Source: Dehalococcoidia bacterium (GTDB lineage Bacteria; Chloroflexota; Dehalococcoidia; Lucifugimonadales; CATOSD01). From it: a stretch of DNA of 64,000 nucleotides. The notes under the pieces were generated by a model. The model was not told the origin of the DNA, did not search any database, and saw nothing but the letters and a program-made list of their open reading frames with translations. How positions within the stretch are numbered: position 1 is the stretch's first letter; every line of letters begins with the position of its first letter. Shown here one piece after another: positions 53,335 through 64,000 of this stretch. A program made the translations under genes and the position numbers. Where the stretch lies: the NCBI GenBank assembly GCA_034422735.1, contig DAOUJL010000051.1, positions 23,596 to 87,595 on the forward strand, given 5' to 3'.

Positions 53335-55386
53335 ATGCCGGACTTCGGAACCGACAGCATCCGCAACATCGTGCTGCTATCTCACAGCGGGGCCGGCAAG
53401 ACTATGCTGTGCGAGGCCATGCTGCACGCGGCGGGCGTCAACAACCGGCTGGGCTCCATCGAGGACGGCACGACTACTTCCGACTTCGAGCCTGAGGAGG
53501 CCCGGCGAGGCACCAGCATACAGACTGCCATCGCCGCATGCCCGTGGAAGGGCGGCAAGATCAACGTCATCGACACGCCGGGCTACGCCGACTACCGCGG
53601 CGAGGTGGTCTCGGGACTCAGGGTCGCCGACGGCGCGGTGATCGTCGTCGCGGGGCAAGCCGGCATCGAGGTGGGCACCAAGCAGATGTGGCAGTACGCC
53701 GACGACGCCAACCTGCCCCGGCTGGTGTTTGTGAGCAAGCTCGACCGGGACAACGCCGACTTTGGCCGCGTCATGGAGTCGCTCACCGAGGCGTTCGGCA
53801 GGAAGTGCGTAGCGGTCCAGGTTCCGGTCGGCTCGGAAGACTCCTTCTCCGGCAGCATCAATCTGCTGGACCCGGAGGCAGATGTGCCCGGGGGGCTGGA
53901 GGACGCGGTCGAAGAGGCGCGCGAACTGCTGACGGAAGCGGTGGCGGAGACGGACGACGACCTCACGATGAAGTACCTGGAGGGCGAGCCGCTAACGTCG
54001 GAGGAGCTGCGCGCGGGACTGAAGGCGGGCGTCCTGTCGGGCGACATCGTGCCCGTACTCGCCGGAAACTCCGTGGCCGAGCTTGGGACCACCGAGCTCA
54101 TGGACGCACTCATGGACCTCATGCCGTCTCCCGCAGACGCGGGCGCAGCCGAGGCGGAGGTTCCCGGCTCGGGAGATGTGGTCGAGCTGGGCTGCGACAG
54201 CTCCGGCCCGCTCGCCGCCCTGGTGTTCAAGACGGCTGCCGACCCCTTCGTTGGCAAGCTGTCCTATTTCCGCGTGTACAGCGGCGCCTTCGCGAGCGAC
54301 AGCCAGATATGGAACGCCAACTTGGGCGAGGGCGAGCGAGTCGGCCAGGTCTTCGTGCTGACCGGCAAGACGCAGACGCCTACCGACGCGCTGGCCGCGG
54401 GCGACATCGGGGCCGTCTCCAAGTTGTCGACCGTGCTCACCGGCCACACCCTGACCAGCCGGGAAAAGCCCTTCACGCTGCCCGGCCTCACGTTCCCCGC
54501 GCCGGTATTCCAAATGGCGGTGTTCCCCAAGTCCAAGGCCGACGTGGACAAGATGACCAGCTCACTGAGCCGTATCGTCGAGGAGGATCCGAGCCTGGTG
54601 ATATCGAGGGAGCCGGACACGCTGGAAGTACTGCTGGGCGGACTGGGCGACACTCACGTCGACGTCGCGGTGGACAAGATGAAGCGCAAGTTCGGCGTTG
54701 AGATTCTCCTGGAAGTGCCCAAAGTTGCCTACAAGGAGACCATCTCGTCGCCCACGCGAGTGGAGTACCGCCACAAGAAGCAGAGCGGCGGCCACGGCCA
54801 GTTCGGGCACGTGTGGCTGGAGCTGCAACCGCTTACCAGGGGCGAGGGTTTCGCTTTCGACTCCAAGATCGTAGGCGGCGTGGTGCCCCGCGAGTACATA
54901 CCATCCGTGGAAAAGGGCGTGCAGAAGTCCCTCAACGGCGGCGTGGTCGCCGGCTTCCCCGTCGTCGATCTCAAGGTCACGCTGGTGGACGGCAGCTACC
55001 ACTCGGTGGACTCGTCGGGCATGTCGTTCGAGATCGCCGGGGCCTATGCCTTCTCCAAGGGCGTGCGCGAGGCGAGGCCTGTGTTGCTGGAGCCTGTGAT
55101 GAAGGCAGAGGTCACGGTGCCCGACACGTACGCGGGCGACATCATCGGTGATCTGAACAGCAAGCGCGGGCGCATCCTGGGAATGACGCCCAACGGCGAC
55201 GGCGAGACGCTCATCGAAGTCGAGGTGCCACAGGCGGAGATGCTGAGGTACGCCACCGATCTTCGCTCTCAGACGCAGGGCGTCGGCTCGTTCACAATGG
55301 AGTTCGACCACTACGAAGAGGTCCCCCAACACCTCCTGGACAGGCTCGTCGAGCAGCTGCAGGAGCGGGAGGCCGCGGGCGTCTAG
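53335..55386 (+). CDS. Elongation factor G paralogue (EF-G2-like translational GTPase)
   Basis: ORF 53242.. trimmed to ATG 53335. [17 protein letters not shown] (a G1 variant like the EF-G2 type rather than AHIDAGKTT), [12 protein letters not shown], and domains II-V present (683 aa). Confidence 0.9.
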   Translation: MPDFGTDSIRNIVLLSHSGAGKTMLCEAMLHAAGVNNRLGSIEDGTTTSDFEPEEARRGTSIQTAIAACPWKGGKINVIDTPGYADYRGEVVSGLRVADGAVIVVAGQAGIEVGTKQMWQYADDANLPRLVFVSKLDRDNADFGRVMESLTEAFGRKCVAVQVPVGSEDSFSGSINLLDPEADVPGGLEDAVEEARELLTEAVAETDDDLTMKYLEGEPLTSEELRAGLKAGVLSGDIVPVLAGNSVAELGTTELMDALMDLMPSPADAGAAEAEVPGSGDVVELGCDSSGPLAALVFKTAADPFVGKLSYFRVYSGAFASDSQIWNANLGEGERVGQVFVLTGKTQTPTDALAAGDIGAVSKLSTVLTGHTLTSREKPFTLPGLTFPAPVFQMAVFPKSKADVDKMTSSLSRIVEEDPSLVISREPDTLEVLLGGLGDTHVDVAVDKMKRKFGVEILLEVPKVAYKETISSPTRVEYRHKKQSGGHGQFGHVWLELQPLTRGEGFAFDSKIVGGVVPREYIPSVEKGVQKSLNGGVVAGFPVVDLKVTLVDGSYHSVDSSGMSFEIAGAYAFSKGVREARPVLLEPVMKAEVTVPDTYAGDIIGDLNSKRGRILGMTPNGDGETLIEVEVPQAEMLRYATDLRSQTQGVGSFTMEFDHYEEVPQHLLDRLVEQLQEREAAGV

Positions 55387-55394
55387 GCCACAGC

Positions 55395-55414
55395 GTTCCG
55401 GCCGCGGCCGGAAC
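55395..55414. terminator. Perfect 20-nt palindrome in the convergent gap
   Basis: GTTCCGGCCGCGGCCGGAAC, 9 nt after the EF-G2 stop. No U tract. Confidence 0.35.
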
Positions 55415-55430
55415 TCGGACGCAAAGAAGA

Positions 55431-55461
55431 GGGGCGGTTCACGAACCGCCCCTTACTCTTT
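55431..55461. terminator. Bidirectional intrinsic terminator between the EF-G-like gene and etfA
   Basis: GGGGCGGTTC-AC-GAACCGCCCC is followed by TTACTCTTT on the plus strand. It is preceded by AAAGAAGA, which reads as a T-rich run on the minus strand. Confidence 0.6.
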
Positions 55462-55504
55462 CCAGGCGCTTGCTCTTTCGAGAAGCCGAGTTTGTTCCTC
55501 GGCG

Positions 55505-56503
55505 TCAGGACTCCAGTAGCTCTCGCACCGTCTCCGTGAAGGCGGGAAGAACGTTCTTCCAGTCGCCCACGACGCCGAAGCTCGCTTCCTTAAAGATGTT
55601 GGCTTCCGCGTCCCTGTTGATGGCGACGATGAACTTGGAGCCGGAGCAGCCCGCAAGGTGCTGGCTCGCGCCGGAAATCGCGACGGTGATGTACAGGTCA
55701 GGCGTGATCGTCTTGCCGGTGAGGCCCACCTGGTAGCTGTGATCGAGCCACCCGGCGTCGCAGGCGGCGCGGGAAGCGCCCATCGCGCCGCCAAACAGCT
55801 TTGCGAGCTCCTCGATCTGCTCGAAGGGCTCGGGACCGCCCAGTCCGCGGCCTCCACTCACCACTACCGTCGCGTCCTCCAGGCGCACGCCCTCGGACTC
55901 GCTTTGCACCGTGTCCACAAGCCTGGCCTTGACCACCGAACCGTCGAGGCCGGGCTGCAGGTTCACCACCTCGCCGCTGCGCGACGAGTCCGCCTCCAGT
56001 GGCTCGAACACCTTGCCGCGCACGACCGCAACCTGCGGCCCGTCGCCAGGGAACGTGACCTTGGCCAGGGCGTTGCCGCCGTATACCGGACGGGTTGCGA
56101 CCACGCGCCCGGTGTCGGCATCCACGTCCAGGTTAACGCAGTCCTGCGCCACGCCGACTCCCAGCCTGAACGCCAGGCGAGGGCCGATGTCGCGCCCGTT
56201 CTGCGTGCGGCCTATCAGCACCACGTTGGGCGATGCTTCGTCCGCCACGTGCTGGTACGCGGCAAGGTGGGCGTCTATCTGCGTGCCTGCCAGCAGCGGA
56301 TCGTCCACCACGTACACCCTGTCCGCGCCGTGCGCTATAGCGGAGTCCGCCAGGCCTCCGCCATCTCCGCCCAGCAAGGCCGCACCGACCTCTTCTCCCA
56401 GCGCGTCCGCCAGCTTGCGTGCCGCCGCGAGTAGCTCGAGCGACGACGATTGGACCCTGCCATCCTCCACCTCGGCCAGTACCAGAACTCCTGCCATTGT
56501 CAC
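55505..56503 (-). CDS. etfA: Electron transfer flavoprotein subunit alpha
   Basis: 332 aa. The C-terminal FAD-binding region ...SRAACDAGW...[28 protein letters not shown]... is EtfA-diagnostic. Confidence 0.95.
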   Translation of the reverse strand: MTMAGVLVLAEVEDGRVQSSSLELLAAARKLADALGEEVGAALLGGDGGGLADSAIAHGADRVYVVDDPLLAGTQIDAHLAAYQHVADEASPNVVLIGRTQNGRDIGPRLAFRLGVGVAQDCVNLDVDADTGRVVATRPVYGGNALAKVTFPGDGPQVAVVRGKVFEPLEADSSRSGEVVNLQPGLDGSVVKARLVDTVQSESEGVRLEDATVVVSGGRGLGGPEPFEQIEELAKLFGGAMGASRAACDAGWLDHSYQVGLTGKTITPDLYITVAISGASQHLAGCSGSKFIVAINRDAEANIFKEASFGVVGDWKNVLPAFTETVRELLES

Positions 56504-56548
56504 GCTCCGTATGTAATCGACCTTCAGTGGCGCTTGCGCCGCCAGCCG

Positions 56549-57349
56549 CTATATGATCTTCTCTTCGCGCAATCTCAATGCGAGATTGCGGCCCGCCTCC
56601 GCCTCGTCCTCACCCTCGATGATTTCGACCTCAGACTCGCTCACCGGAATGTACAGGTCGAGAGTCTGCAACCTGGCGCCGAGCCGGGACTCGTCGAGGC
56701 CGAGGTCTCCGATGGTCTTCGTGACCGGCCGCTTCCGGCTCGCCGCCATAATGCCCCTCAGCGTGGGATAGCGCGGCTCGCCCAGTTCGTTGCTCACCGT
56801 CACCACCGCTGGCAGCGGCGACTCGAACACCTCGTAGCCATCGGACAGCGCGCGATGGACCAGCAGGCCGTTCTCCGCGACTTCCACCTTCTGGGCGAGC
56901 GTAATGCAAGGCAGGCCCAGCAGTTCGGCGATGCCGAGCGGTACGTGGGCGTTGTCCCAGTCCGAGGCCTGGCGGCCGCAGAGTATCAGGTCGAAGTCGC
57001 CCGCGTCTCTGATGGCCTCCGACAGCGCGTAGGCCGTTCCGAAAGCGTCCAGGTCCAGCGCCGCCTCGTCGTCGATCAGGATCATCTCGTCCGCGCCCAT
57101 CGAAAGCGGCTTCTTCATCACGTCCATCACGAATCCGCTTCCCATGGAGAGTACGGTCACGCTGCCGCCCTGCGCGTCCTTGATCTGAAGCGCCGCCTCG
57201 ACCGCATTCTCGCAGAAGCCGTTGACCACCGGCGGAATCCCCGCGGCGGGCACCACCTTCTTCGTGGCCGAGTCTATACGAAAAGCGGATGCCGGCGTCT
57301 CAGGATCCACCACCTGCTTGACGCACACCAGGATGTTTACCGCCATCAC
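56549..57349 (-). CDS. etfB: Electron transfer flavoprotein subunit beta
   Basis: 266 aa. MNILVCVKQVVD..., ...DLILCGRQASDWD... and ...VTVSNELGEPRYPTLRGIM.... Confidence 0.95.
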   Translation of the reverse strand: MMAVNILVCVKQVVDPETPASAFRIDSATKKVVPAAGIPPVVNGFCENAVEAALQIKDAQGGSVTVLSMGSGFVMDVMKKPLSMGADEMILIDDEAALDLDAFGTAYALSEAIRDAGDFDLILCGRQASDWDNAHVPLGIAELLGLPCITLAQKVEVAENGLLVHRALSDGYEVFESPLPAVVTVSNELGEPRYPTLRGIMAASRKRPVTKTIGDLGLDESRLGARLQTLDLYIPVSESEVEIIEGEDEAEAGRNLALRLREEKII

Positions 57350-57416
57350 TTCCCCCTAGCTATTCGAAGCGCGCGGCGCTCGATGCCGCCGCGCGCGTGT
57401 TTTCAAGACCGCTCGA

Positions 57417-57446
57417 AAATATAGCACCGCGTGCTTTGGCATGTCA
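57417..57446 (-). promoter_or_regulatory. Sigma70-like promoter for etfBA with palindrome in the spacer
   Basis: On the minus strand: TTGACA (57441-57446), 18-nt spacer containing AGCAC-GCG-GTGCT, then TATATT (57417-57422). Confidence 0.5.
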
Positions 57447-57510
57447 ACCTGAGCACGCCTTCCAGAGGCCGCCGCGACCGACCTTGTATCTTTTGCTCCC
57501 ACCACCGGCG

Positions 57511-57519
57511 TGATATAAT
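57511..57519 (+). promoter_or_regulatory. Extended -10 promoter element for tig
   Basis: TGaTATAAT lies 33 nt upstream of the TTG start at 57552. AGGAG at ~57540. Confidence 0.5.
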
Positions 57520-57551
57520 CTTCACAATCATCCCCAAGTAGGAGCCAGCTT

Positions 57552-58919
57552 TTGAGAGTCGAGCGCGAGGAAGTTGTTGACCGGCAGACAGTTCTCAATA
57601 TCGAGTTGGAAGACGACGACCTCGACCCATATCTCGACCGAGGCTACAGACGGATAGTCCAGCGCGTAAATGTTCCCGGATTCCGAAAGGGCAAGGCCCC
57701 TCGCAGCATCATCGAGCGGCTGGTCGGCAGGGAGAGCCTGCTGAACGAAGTGCTGGAAGTCCTGGTCACTGAGACCACCAGCCGCGCAATCGACGACCAG
57801 GAGCTCGAATCCGTCGGTTTGCCCCACATCGAGATGGTCGACTTCGAACCGCTCACGTTCAAGGCCACCGTTCCACTCAAGCCCGACGTCGATCTCGGCG
57901 CGTATCGCGACATCCGGGTCGACGAAGAACCTGTCGAGTTTGACGAGGACGAGGCCGTTCAGCAACGCCTGGAAGACCTGCGAGGCAGACTGGCGACCTG
58001 GAACCCGGTAGAGCGCCCTCTGGAAATCGGTGACGTGGTCACCGCCGACGTGCTGATGACCTTCGAAGGCGAGACCGTTCTGGAGCACTCCGACTATGTT
58101 GCCCTGACCGGCGAGGAAGGACTTACGCGCCTTCCCGATCTGGGCGAGCAGCTCGCGGGGTCACAGGCAGGCGACGAACGCGAATTCGACCTGGACCTCC
58201 CCGACGACTTCTACCTGACCGCCGTCGCCGGAAAGACGGTGAACATGCGAGTCACGGTGAAGGAGTACAAGGAACGTGAGCTCCCTGAGCTGGACGACGA
58301 CTTCGTCGTGAGCCTGGGACAGGATGAAGAGACCCTGGAGCAATTGACCGAGCGAATACGCGAAGAAGAGCGCCAGGGCGCTGAGAACAAGGCTATCGGC
58401 GAGTTCACAGAGAAGGCCCTCGAGGCGCTGATGGAAAACGCCTCCGTAGAACTGCCGCCCCTGCTGGTGGAGCACGGCGCGGAACACGCGTGGCAGGAGC
58501 AGCAACAGTTCCTGCAAAGACTGGGCATCCGGGCGGACGACTACCTACGCTCGACCGGCAGCACCGAGGAGGCGTTCCTCGAGCAGGCCCAATCGGACGT
58601 GCGAGAGAGGCTCGTGCGCAGCTACGCCATGACCGAGTTTGCCGACTTGGAAGGCCTAGACGTGACCGAGGAGGAGGCGGAGGCGAGGGTCAGGGAACTC
58701 CTGGCCGAGAACTCGCTCACGAGGGAGCCTGCCGACGAGGAGATTGCCTCGGTCCGAAACTCCATGCTCACCGAAAAGGCCATGGAGCGCCTGCGGGCCA
58801 TCGCCAGAGGAGAACAGCCGGCGGAAGGTGACGACGAAGGCCCGGCGGAGCCGAACGAGGACGCTCCCGAATCCGCCGAAGACCCCAACGACGAAAGCGA
58901 AAGCGCTTCCGAAGCTTAA
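57552..58919 (+). CDS. tig: Trigger factor
   Basis: 455 aa. N-terminal ribosome-binding region ...[17 protein letters not shown]..., a PPIase-like middle and a C-terminal arm domain. Acidic tail. TTG start. Confidence 0.93.
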   Translation: MRVEREEVVDRQTVLNIELEDDDLDPYLDRGYRRIVQRVNVPGFRKGKAPRSIIERLVGRESLLNEVLEVLVTETTSRAIDDQELESVGLPHIEMVDFEPLTFKATVPLKPDVDLGAYRDIRVDEEPVEFDEDEAVQQRLEDLRGRLATWNPVERPLEIGDVVTADVLMTFEGETVLEHSDYVALTGEEGLTRLPDLGEQLAGSQAGDEREFDLDLPDDFYLTAVAGKTVNMRVTVKEYKERELPELDDDFVVSLGQDEETLEQLTERIREEERQGAENKAIGEFTEKALEALMENASVELPPLLVEHGAEHAWQEQQQFLQRLGIRADDYLRSTGSTEEAFLEQAQSDVRERLVRSYAMTEFADLEGLDVTEEEAEARVRELLAENSLTREPADEEIASVRNSMLTEKAMERLRAIARGEQPAEGDDEGPAEPNEDAPESAEDPNDESESASEA

Positions 58920-58939
58920 AGCTCAAGGAGAACACTCCG

Positions 58940-59593
58940 GTGATTTACAGACCAGAAAATGTCATCCCCATGGTAGTCGAAGGCGACGCCAGGGGAGAGC
59001 GGGCCTACGATATCTATTCCCTGCTTCTCAAGGAGCGGATAATCTTCCTGGGCACGCCAATCGTCGACCACATAGCCAACAACATCGTCGCTCAGCTTCT
59101 GTACCTGGACCGCGAGGACCCGGACAGGGACATCAGCCTCTACATCAACTCTCCGGGCGGCGTAATCAGCGCCGGACTCGCCATCTACGACACGATGCAC
59201 CTCATACGCCCCGACGTGTCCACAATCTGCGTCGGCCTCGCCGCCAGCATGGGCACGGTTCTGCTCACCGCGGGCGCTCCCGGCAAGCGCTACGCCCTGC
59301 CCAACTCCACGGTCCACATGCACCAGCCGCTCGGCGGCGCGCAGGGCCAAGCGTCGGACATCGAAATTCACGCAAGAGAGATACTGCGGATGCAAGACAA
59401 GATCCGCCAGATTATCTCACAATCAACTGGTCAACCCTACGATAAGGTGGCCAGAGACTCCGACAGGGATTACTTCCTGAACGCCGAGCAAGCCGTAGAG
59501 TACGGCCTCGTCGACGAGGTGCTTCACCCGCCGTCCGACGGCGATCAGGATAGTGGCTCCGAAGACGGGGCGTCCGACGGAGAGGAGAGTTAG
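58940..59593 (+). CDS. clpP: ATP-dependent Clp protease proteolytic subunit
   Basis: 217 aa. [19 protein letters not shown]..., the Ser region GLAASMG and MHQP. GTG start with AAGGAG upstream. Confidence 0.96.
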   Translation: MIYRPENVIPMVVEGDARGERAYDIYSLLLKERIIFLGTPIVDHIANNIVAQLLYLDREDPDRDISLYINSPGGVISAGLAIYDTMHLIRPDVSTICVGLAASMGTVLLTAGAPGKRYALPNSTVHMHQPLGGAQGQASDIEIHAREILRMQDKIRQIISQSTGQPYDKVARDSDRDYFLNAEQAVEYGLVDEVLHPPSDGDQDSGSEDGASDGEES

Positions 59594-59647
59594 TTCTGAT
59601 GACGCGAGGGCTGTCGGAATCCGGCCCCCGGTGGAGGCGCCAATAGA

Positions 59648-61000
<1,353 letters not shown>

Positions 61001-61033
61001 ACCCCGTCTCTCTCTGACTTTGAGAGGGATTCC

Positions 61034-61786
61034 TTAGACGGTCAGCAACTCATCCTCCGGCGCGTACTCGTCCCGCTTCGGAATGTCCTCCCTCACGAGC
61101 TCTCCCCGCCTCTTGTAGACCCTGTACGCACCCGCGTCGTCGCTCGAAGTCACCAGCCGATAACCGCCGTCCACCCACTCGATCGCGCAGTTGTACCCGA
61201 TGCCCAGCCCAACGCCGCCGTGCCTCATCACCTTGGCGTGAAAGTCCGGCTCGCGCAGCTTGCCGTCCGTGACGCCCTCCGGGTTCGGGCACGCGAACGC
61301 GTCGATGAACCCCAGTCCGCTCACGCGCGTGAATCCGCCCCAGTTGGCCGCGTTATAGAAGTACCCTGAGTTGCTGTGCCCGTAGCTGTACCAGCAGATG
61401 CAGCCCGCGCTCAGCCCGGCAAGCGGAATGCCCTTTCGCCATGCGCGTTCCAGCACGCCGTCCACGCCCAGCCGTCGCCACCGCATCACCGCCTTCTGCG
61501 TGTTGCCGCCGCTCACGTATATCAGGTCAGCCGAGAGTATGGCCGCCTCCAACTCCGCCACGCTCGGCTTGGCGTTCAGCAGGTGGAGCACGTCGGTCTC
61601 GCAGCCCAACCGGTCGCCGTAGACGGACTTGAAAGTCTCCCAGGGCTCAGGCGCGTCGTAGGTCGCGGTGGGAATCAGCAGCGCCCTGGGGCGTGACTTC
61701 CCCGATAGCTCCACTATCCGCTTGTCGATGGGCAGCGTCTCCAGCTCGCCCATCATACCGCCGCCAATCGTCACTATCTTACCCAT
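61034..61786 (-). CDS. Peptidase S51 family (dipeptidase E/cyanophycinase-like)
   Basis: 250 aa. ...LIYVSGGNTQ... and the nucleophile region PLAGLSAGCICW. Confidence 0.8.
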   Translation of the reverse strand: MGKIVTIGGGMMGELETLPIDKRIVELSGKSRPRALLIPTATYDAPEPWETFKSVYGDRLGCETDVLHLLNAKPSVAELEAAILSADLIYVSGGNTQKAVMRWRRLGVDGVLERAWRKGIPLAGLSAGCICWYSYGHSNSGYFYNAANWGGFTRVSGLGFIDAFACPNPEGVTDGKLREPDFHAKVMRHGGVGLGIGYNCAIEWVDGGYRLVTSSDDAGAYRVYKRRGELVREDIPKRDEYAPEDELLTV

Positions 61787-61802
61787 GACTGTTTACACCT
61801 CC

Positions 61803-62648
61803 TCATGGCCCCGGAGCATGTCCCTCCTGGTCCCACTTCTTGATTAGCCTTTCGACCCGTCCGGACATGTCCAGGCCGCCCTCGATTGGGCCGTCCGGTC
61901 CTACCGGCCTACCCTCCTCGATTCGGACCGAGCCGTTTGCCAGCGCGATGAGGGTGGCAACCACCAGAGGGCGCTCCCGCGCGACACCCCTGCGACGTAT
62001 CTCCGCGAACAGCGGCTGGCGCTCGCCCTCCGCTTTGGCTGCCTCCACGCCAACCCTGCCCAGCTCATCCCATAGCGGAGCAAGCAACGCATCCCTGATA
62101 GGAAAGCTGCAATAGCCCAGCGGCGGGCCGCCGTCCAGCACTTCCGTGACCAGGTGCACCATAGCGCCATGCTCGGCGGCGTCTTCTTCGATGAGCTGCC
62201 ATATCACGTCTTGCCACATCCCGGAGGGCGCATCCGGCAGCGCGGGATGAAGGTTGATCATGGCCCGTTCCCGGCATATCCGCGCGCTGGTGATGAGCAT
62301 GTATCCCGCAAGCACCGACAGGTCGGCCTCGTACCCCGATGTCAGGCGCATCGCCTCGTCATGGAAGGCGTCCCGGTGGCGGGCTATCGTTCCCCCACCA
62401 TGCTCGCGCCGGAACCGCCGCGATGATAGCCACACCAGCGGCACGCCGATGCTCTCGACCAGTCGGAAGAACTCGTCGCTGCCTTCCGCTTCTCCAGGTT
62501 CCCGATTGCTGAAGACGTACTCGATAGAGGCGTCCAACTCACCGGATGCGATCGCCCCGTGCACCGCGCGCAGCAACCCCCGCGACCCTTCCCCGCGGCC
62601 CGTCGACCACCAGCCCAGTCGCAGCGGCCGTCTGCGCTCTCCGTTCAC
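61803..62648 (-). CDS. Formyltransferase-family protein (PurN-like catalytic core with extra C-terminal ~80 aa)
   Basis: 281 aa. INLHPALP (N-x-H) and HLVTEVLDGGPPL (catalytic Asp region) resemble the PurN/FMT N-terminal domain. The GTG start directly abuts the rhomboid stop codon. Confidence 0.7.
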   Translation of the reverse strand: MNGERRRPLRLGWWSTGRGEGSRGLLRAVHGAIASGELDASIEYVFSNREPGEAEGSDEFFRLVESIGVPLVWLSSRRFRREHGGGTIARHRDAFHDEAMRLTSGYEADLSVLAGYMLITSARICRERAMINLHPALPDAPSGMWQDVIWQLIEEDAAEHGAMVHLVTEVLDGGPPLGYCSFPIRDALLAPLWDELGRVGVEAAKAEGERQPLFAEIRRRGVARERPLVVATLIALANGSVRIEEGRPVGPDGPIEGGLDMSGRVERLIKKWDQEGHAPGP

Positions 62649-63653
62649 CTATCCGCCGTCCCTTAACGACACTATGAGCGCGACGGCCCTGGACCGGTCC
62701 TCTGCGGTGAGTCCTCGGAACAGCGCCTCGCGCAGGTCGGCCAACGCTCCGGCGTCGTCCCCCAGCCGCTCGCGGATCACGCCGCGCAGCAAGTACGCTT
62801 CGCCCGTGTCCCAGCCCTGGTCGATCACCTGCTGCACCTCCAGGAGGGCCTCGGTGTGCTGCTGTTCCTCCAGCAGCCGCTCTGCCCTGCCCAGTCCGCC
62901 CGCGACGCCGCCGCTACCCAACCACACGCCCGCGAGTAGCAGCAGCGCAACCGGGGGGAGGGCAAGCAGTATCCGGCGTGTGGAGCCCGCGCGGCGCCTC
63001 ACGGCCAGGCCAGTATACACGCCCTGCCTTTCGGAGCCATCGGCCAGTACGCCACCAAGCGCGAACCCCATTGCCAGCCCGCCAATGTGCGCCCAGTTGT
63101 CGATCCCCGGCATCATGAAGCCGAACGCCAGGTTGATCGCCACCAGCACGCCGATTCCGGCGGCGTCTCGTCGGCTCCCTCCCCTCAGCGGTCCCCTTCC
63201 CGTCAGGAAGCACGCCGCCAGCGCCCCCAACAGGCCGAATATGGCCCCGCTCGCTCCGGCGCTTATGGCCAGAGGATTGGCGACGAAGCTCGCAGTGGAG
63301 CCTGCAAGCCCCGCCGCAATGTAGATGAATGTGAACCGAAATCTCCCGAATGCCCTCTCCAAGAGCATGCCGTAGATGAGCAGCCCAATGCTGTTCAGCG
63401 CCAGATGCATGATGCCTATGTGGAGAAAGACAGAGGAGAGGAGCCGCCAGTATTCGCCACCGGCTACCAGCGGGCCGTAGTTCGCGCCGAAGTCCAGCAG
63501 GGACAGTGGATCGCGGGTGCTGCCTATCGCCTCCGCGATGAGCCACCAGATTGCGTTGGCGGCGAGCAGCAGCCAGGTCGCAATCGGGCGATTACGAAGA
63601 GCTACGCCGCCCGGCGCGCTCATGCCACGCCGTCGGCGCCACGATTCAAACAT
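62649..63653 (-). CDS. Rhomboid-family intramembrane serine protease with C-terminal TPR-like tail
   Basis: 334 aa. HIGIMHLALN, the catalytic GASGAIFGLLGA and AHIGGLAMG. Soluble helical C-terminus. Confidence 0.9.
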   Translation of the reverse strand: MFESWRRRRGMSAPGGVALRNRPIATWLLLAANAIWWLIAEAIGSTRDPLSLLDFGANYGPLVAGGEYWRLLSSVFLHIGIMHLALNSIGLLIYGMLLERAFGRFRFTFIYIAAGLAGSTASFVANPLAISAGASGAIFGLLGALAACFLTGRGPLRGGSRRDAAGIGVLVAINLAFGFMMPGIDNWAHIGGLAMGFALGGVLADGSERQGVYTGLAVRRRAGSTRRILLALPPVALLLLAGVWLGSGGVAGGLGRAERLLEEQQHTEALLEVQQVIDQGWDTGEAYLLRGVIRERLGDDAGALADLREALFRGLTAEDRSRAVALIVSLRDGG

Positions 63654-63706
63654 CGGCTGCTACCCTAACCGGGCTGTTCAGCGGGCAGGTCCCGTCCGGC
63701 GGCGAC

Positions 63707-64000
63707 CTAAAACACCTCGGTCCGCATCATGTCCTCGAACGTCTCGCGCCTGCGGATTAGCCGTGCCTCGCCGTCCTTCACCATGACAATGGCCGGCCTG
63801 GGGTTCATGTTGTAGTTGCTGGACATTGGTGGAGCGTAGGCCCCAGACGAGGGTATGGCCACAACGTCCCCCTCCACAAGTGTCGGCAGCTCGATGTCGC
63901 GGATCAGCACGTCCCCCGATTCGCAGTACTTGCCCACCAGGGTCACCGTGTCCGCCGGTGCGTCGTTCATGCGGCTGGCCAGCACCGCCTCGTAGCGGGC
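63707..64000 (-). CDS. lysA: Diaminopimelate decarboxylase, C-terminal part (gene continues beyond the window)
   Basis: ...VGKYCESGDVLIRDIELP...GDVVAIPSSGAYAPPMSSNYNMNPRPAIVMV... is the conserved LysA/ODC-fold C-terminus. The ORF is open to the window edge. Confidence 0.88.
   Translation of the reverse strand, partial: ARYEAVLASRMNDAPADTVTLVGKYCESGDVLIRDIELPTLVEGDVVAIPSSGAYAPPMSSNYNMNPRPAIVMVKDGEARLIRRRETFEDMMRTEVF

Noticed and set aside
57417-57446. The TAGCAC...GTGCT dyads might be CIRCE/HrcA operators, given tig-clpPX nearby.
   Set aside because: Canonical CIRCE is TTAGCACTC-N9-GAGTGCTAA, so the TAGCAC and GTGCTA cores are 13 nt apart. Here they are 3-4 nt apart and the flanking TC/GA bases are missing. 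I kept this only as a resemblance within a finding.

Overview
This is a GC-rich, gene-dense bacterial chromosomal segment with 54 protein-coding genes that I can support. I found no rRNA, tRNA, CRISPR array, transposase or integrase by eye.

**Gene content.** Most of the window is core housekeeping: pyrG, rho, secDF, cca, def, tig-clpP-clpX, etfBA, nfo, rdgB, the 3' end of lysA and an EF-G2-like paralogue. The rest is a catabolic set:
- Two peptide-type ABC importer loci.
- A crotonase / CaiB / CaiB / crotonase cassette followed by two acyl-CoA dehydrogenases, an alpha/beta hydrolase and an S58 aminopeptidase.
- Other enzymes, including a class III and a class IV aminotransferase and an enolase-superfamily protein.

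**Lineage (low-confidence inference).** The archaeal-type fructose-1,6-bisphosphate aldolase/phosphatase, the NADPH-dependent F420 reductase, the DUF1501/DUF1800 pair and the CoA-transferase/crotonase/ACAD richness suggest a Chloroflexota-like, possibly SAR202-like, organism.

**Novel systems.** I do not see a convincing new multi-gene protein system such as a defence or mobile module. The most unusual signal is non-coding:
- Two islands of about 1 kb (21174-22184 and 47119-48019) share the same ordered set of modules: a hairpin repeat, a 55-nt block, a palindromic promoter-like core and a strongly G-rich tract with G-quadruplex motifs.
- Several families of short palindromic repeats occur only in intergenic DNA.

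**Secondary observations.**
- A substrate-binding lipoprotein with six tandem ~20-aa repeats.
- A GreA-type factor with a ~135-aa N-terminal extension.
- An orphan HigA flanked by repeats.
- A dyad-symmetric divergent promoter.
- Convergent genes that overlap at their 3' ends or stop codons.

Many long ORFs in the supplied track are antisense shadow ORFs or over-extended N-termini. I trimmed or rejected these.
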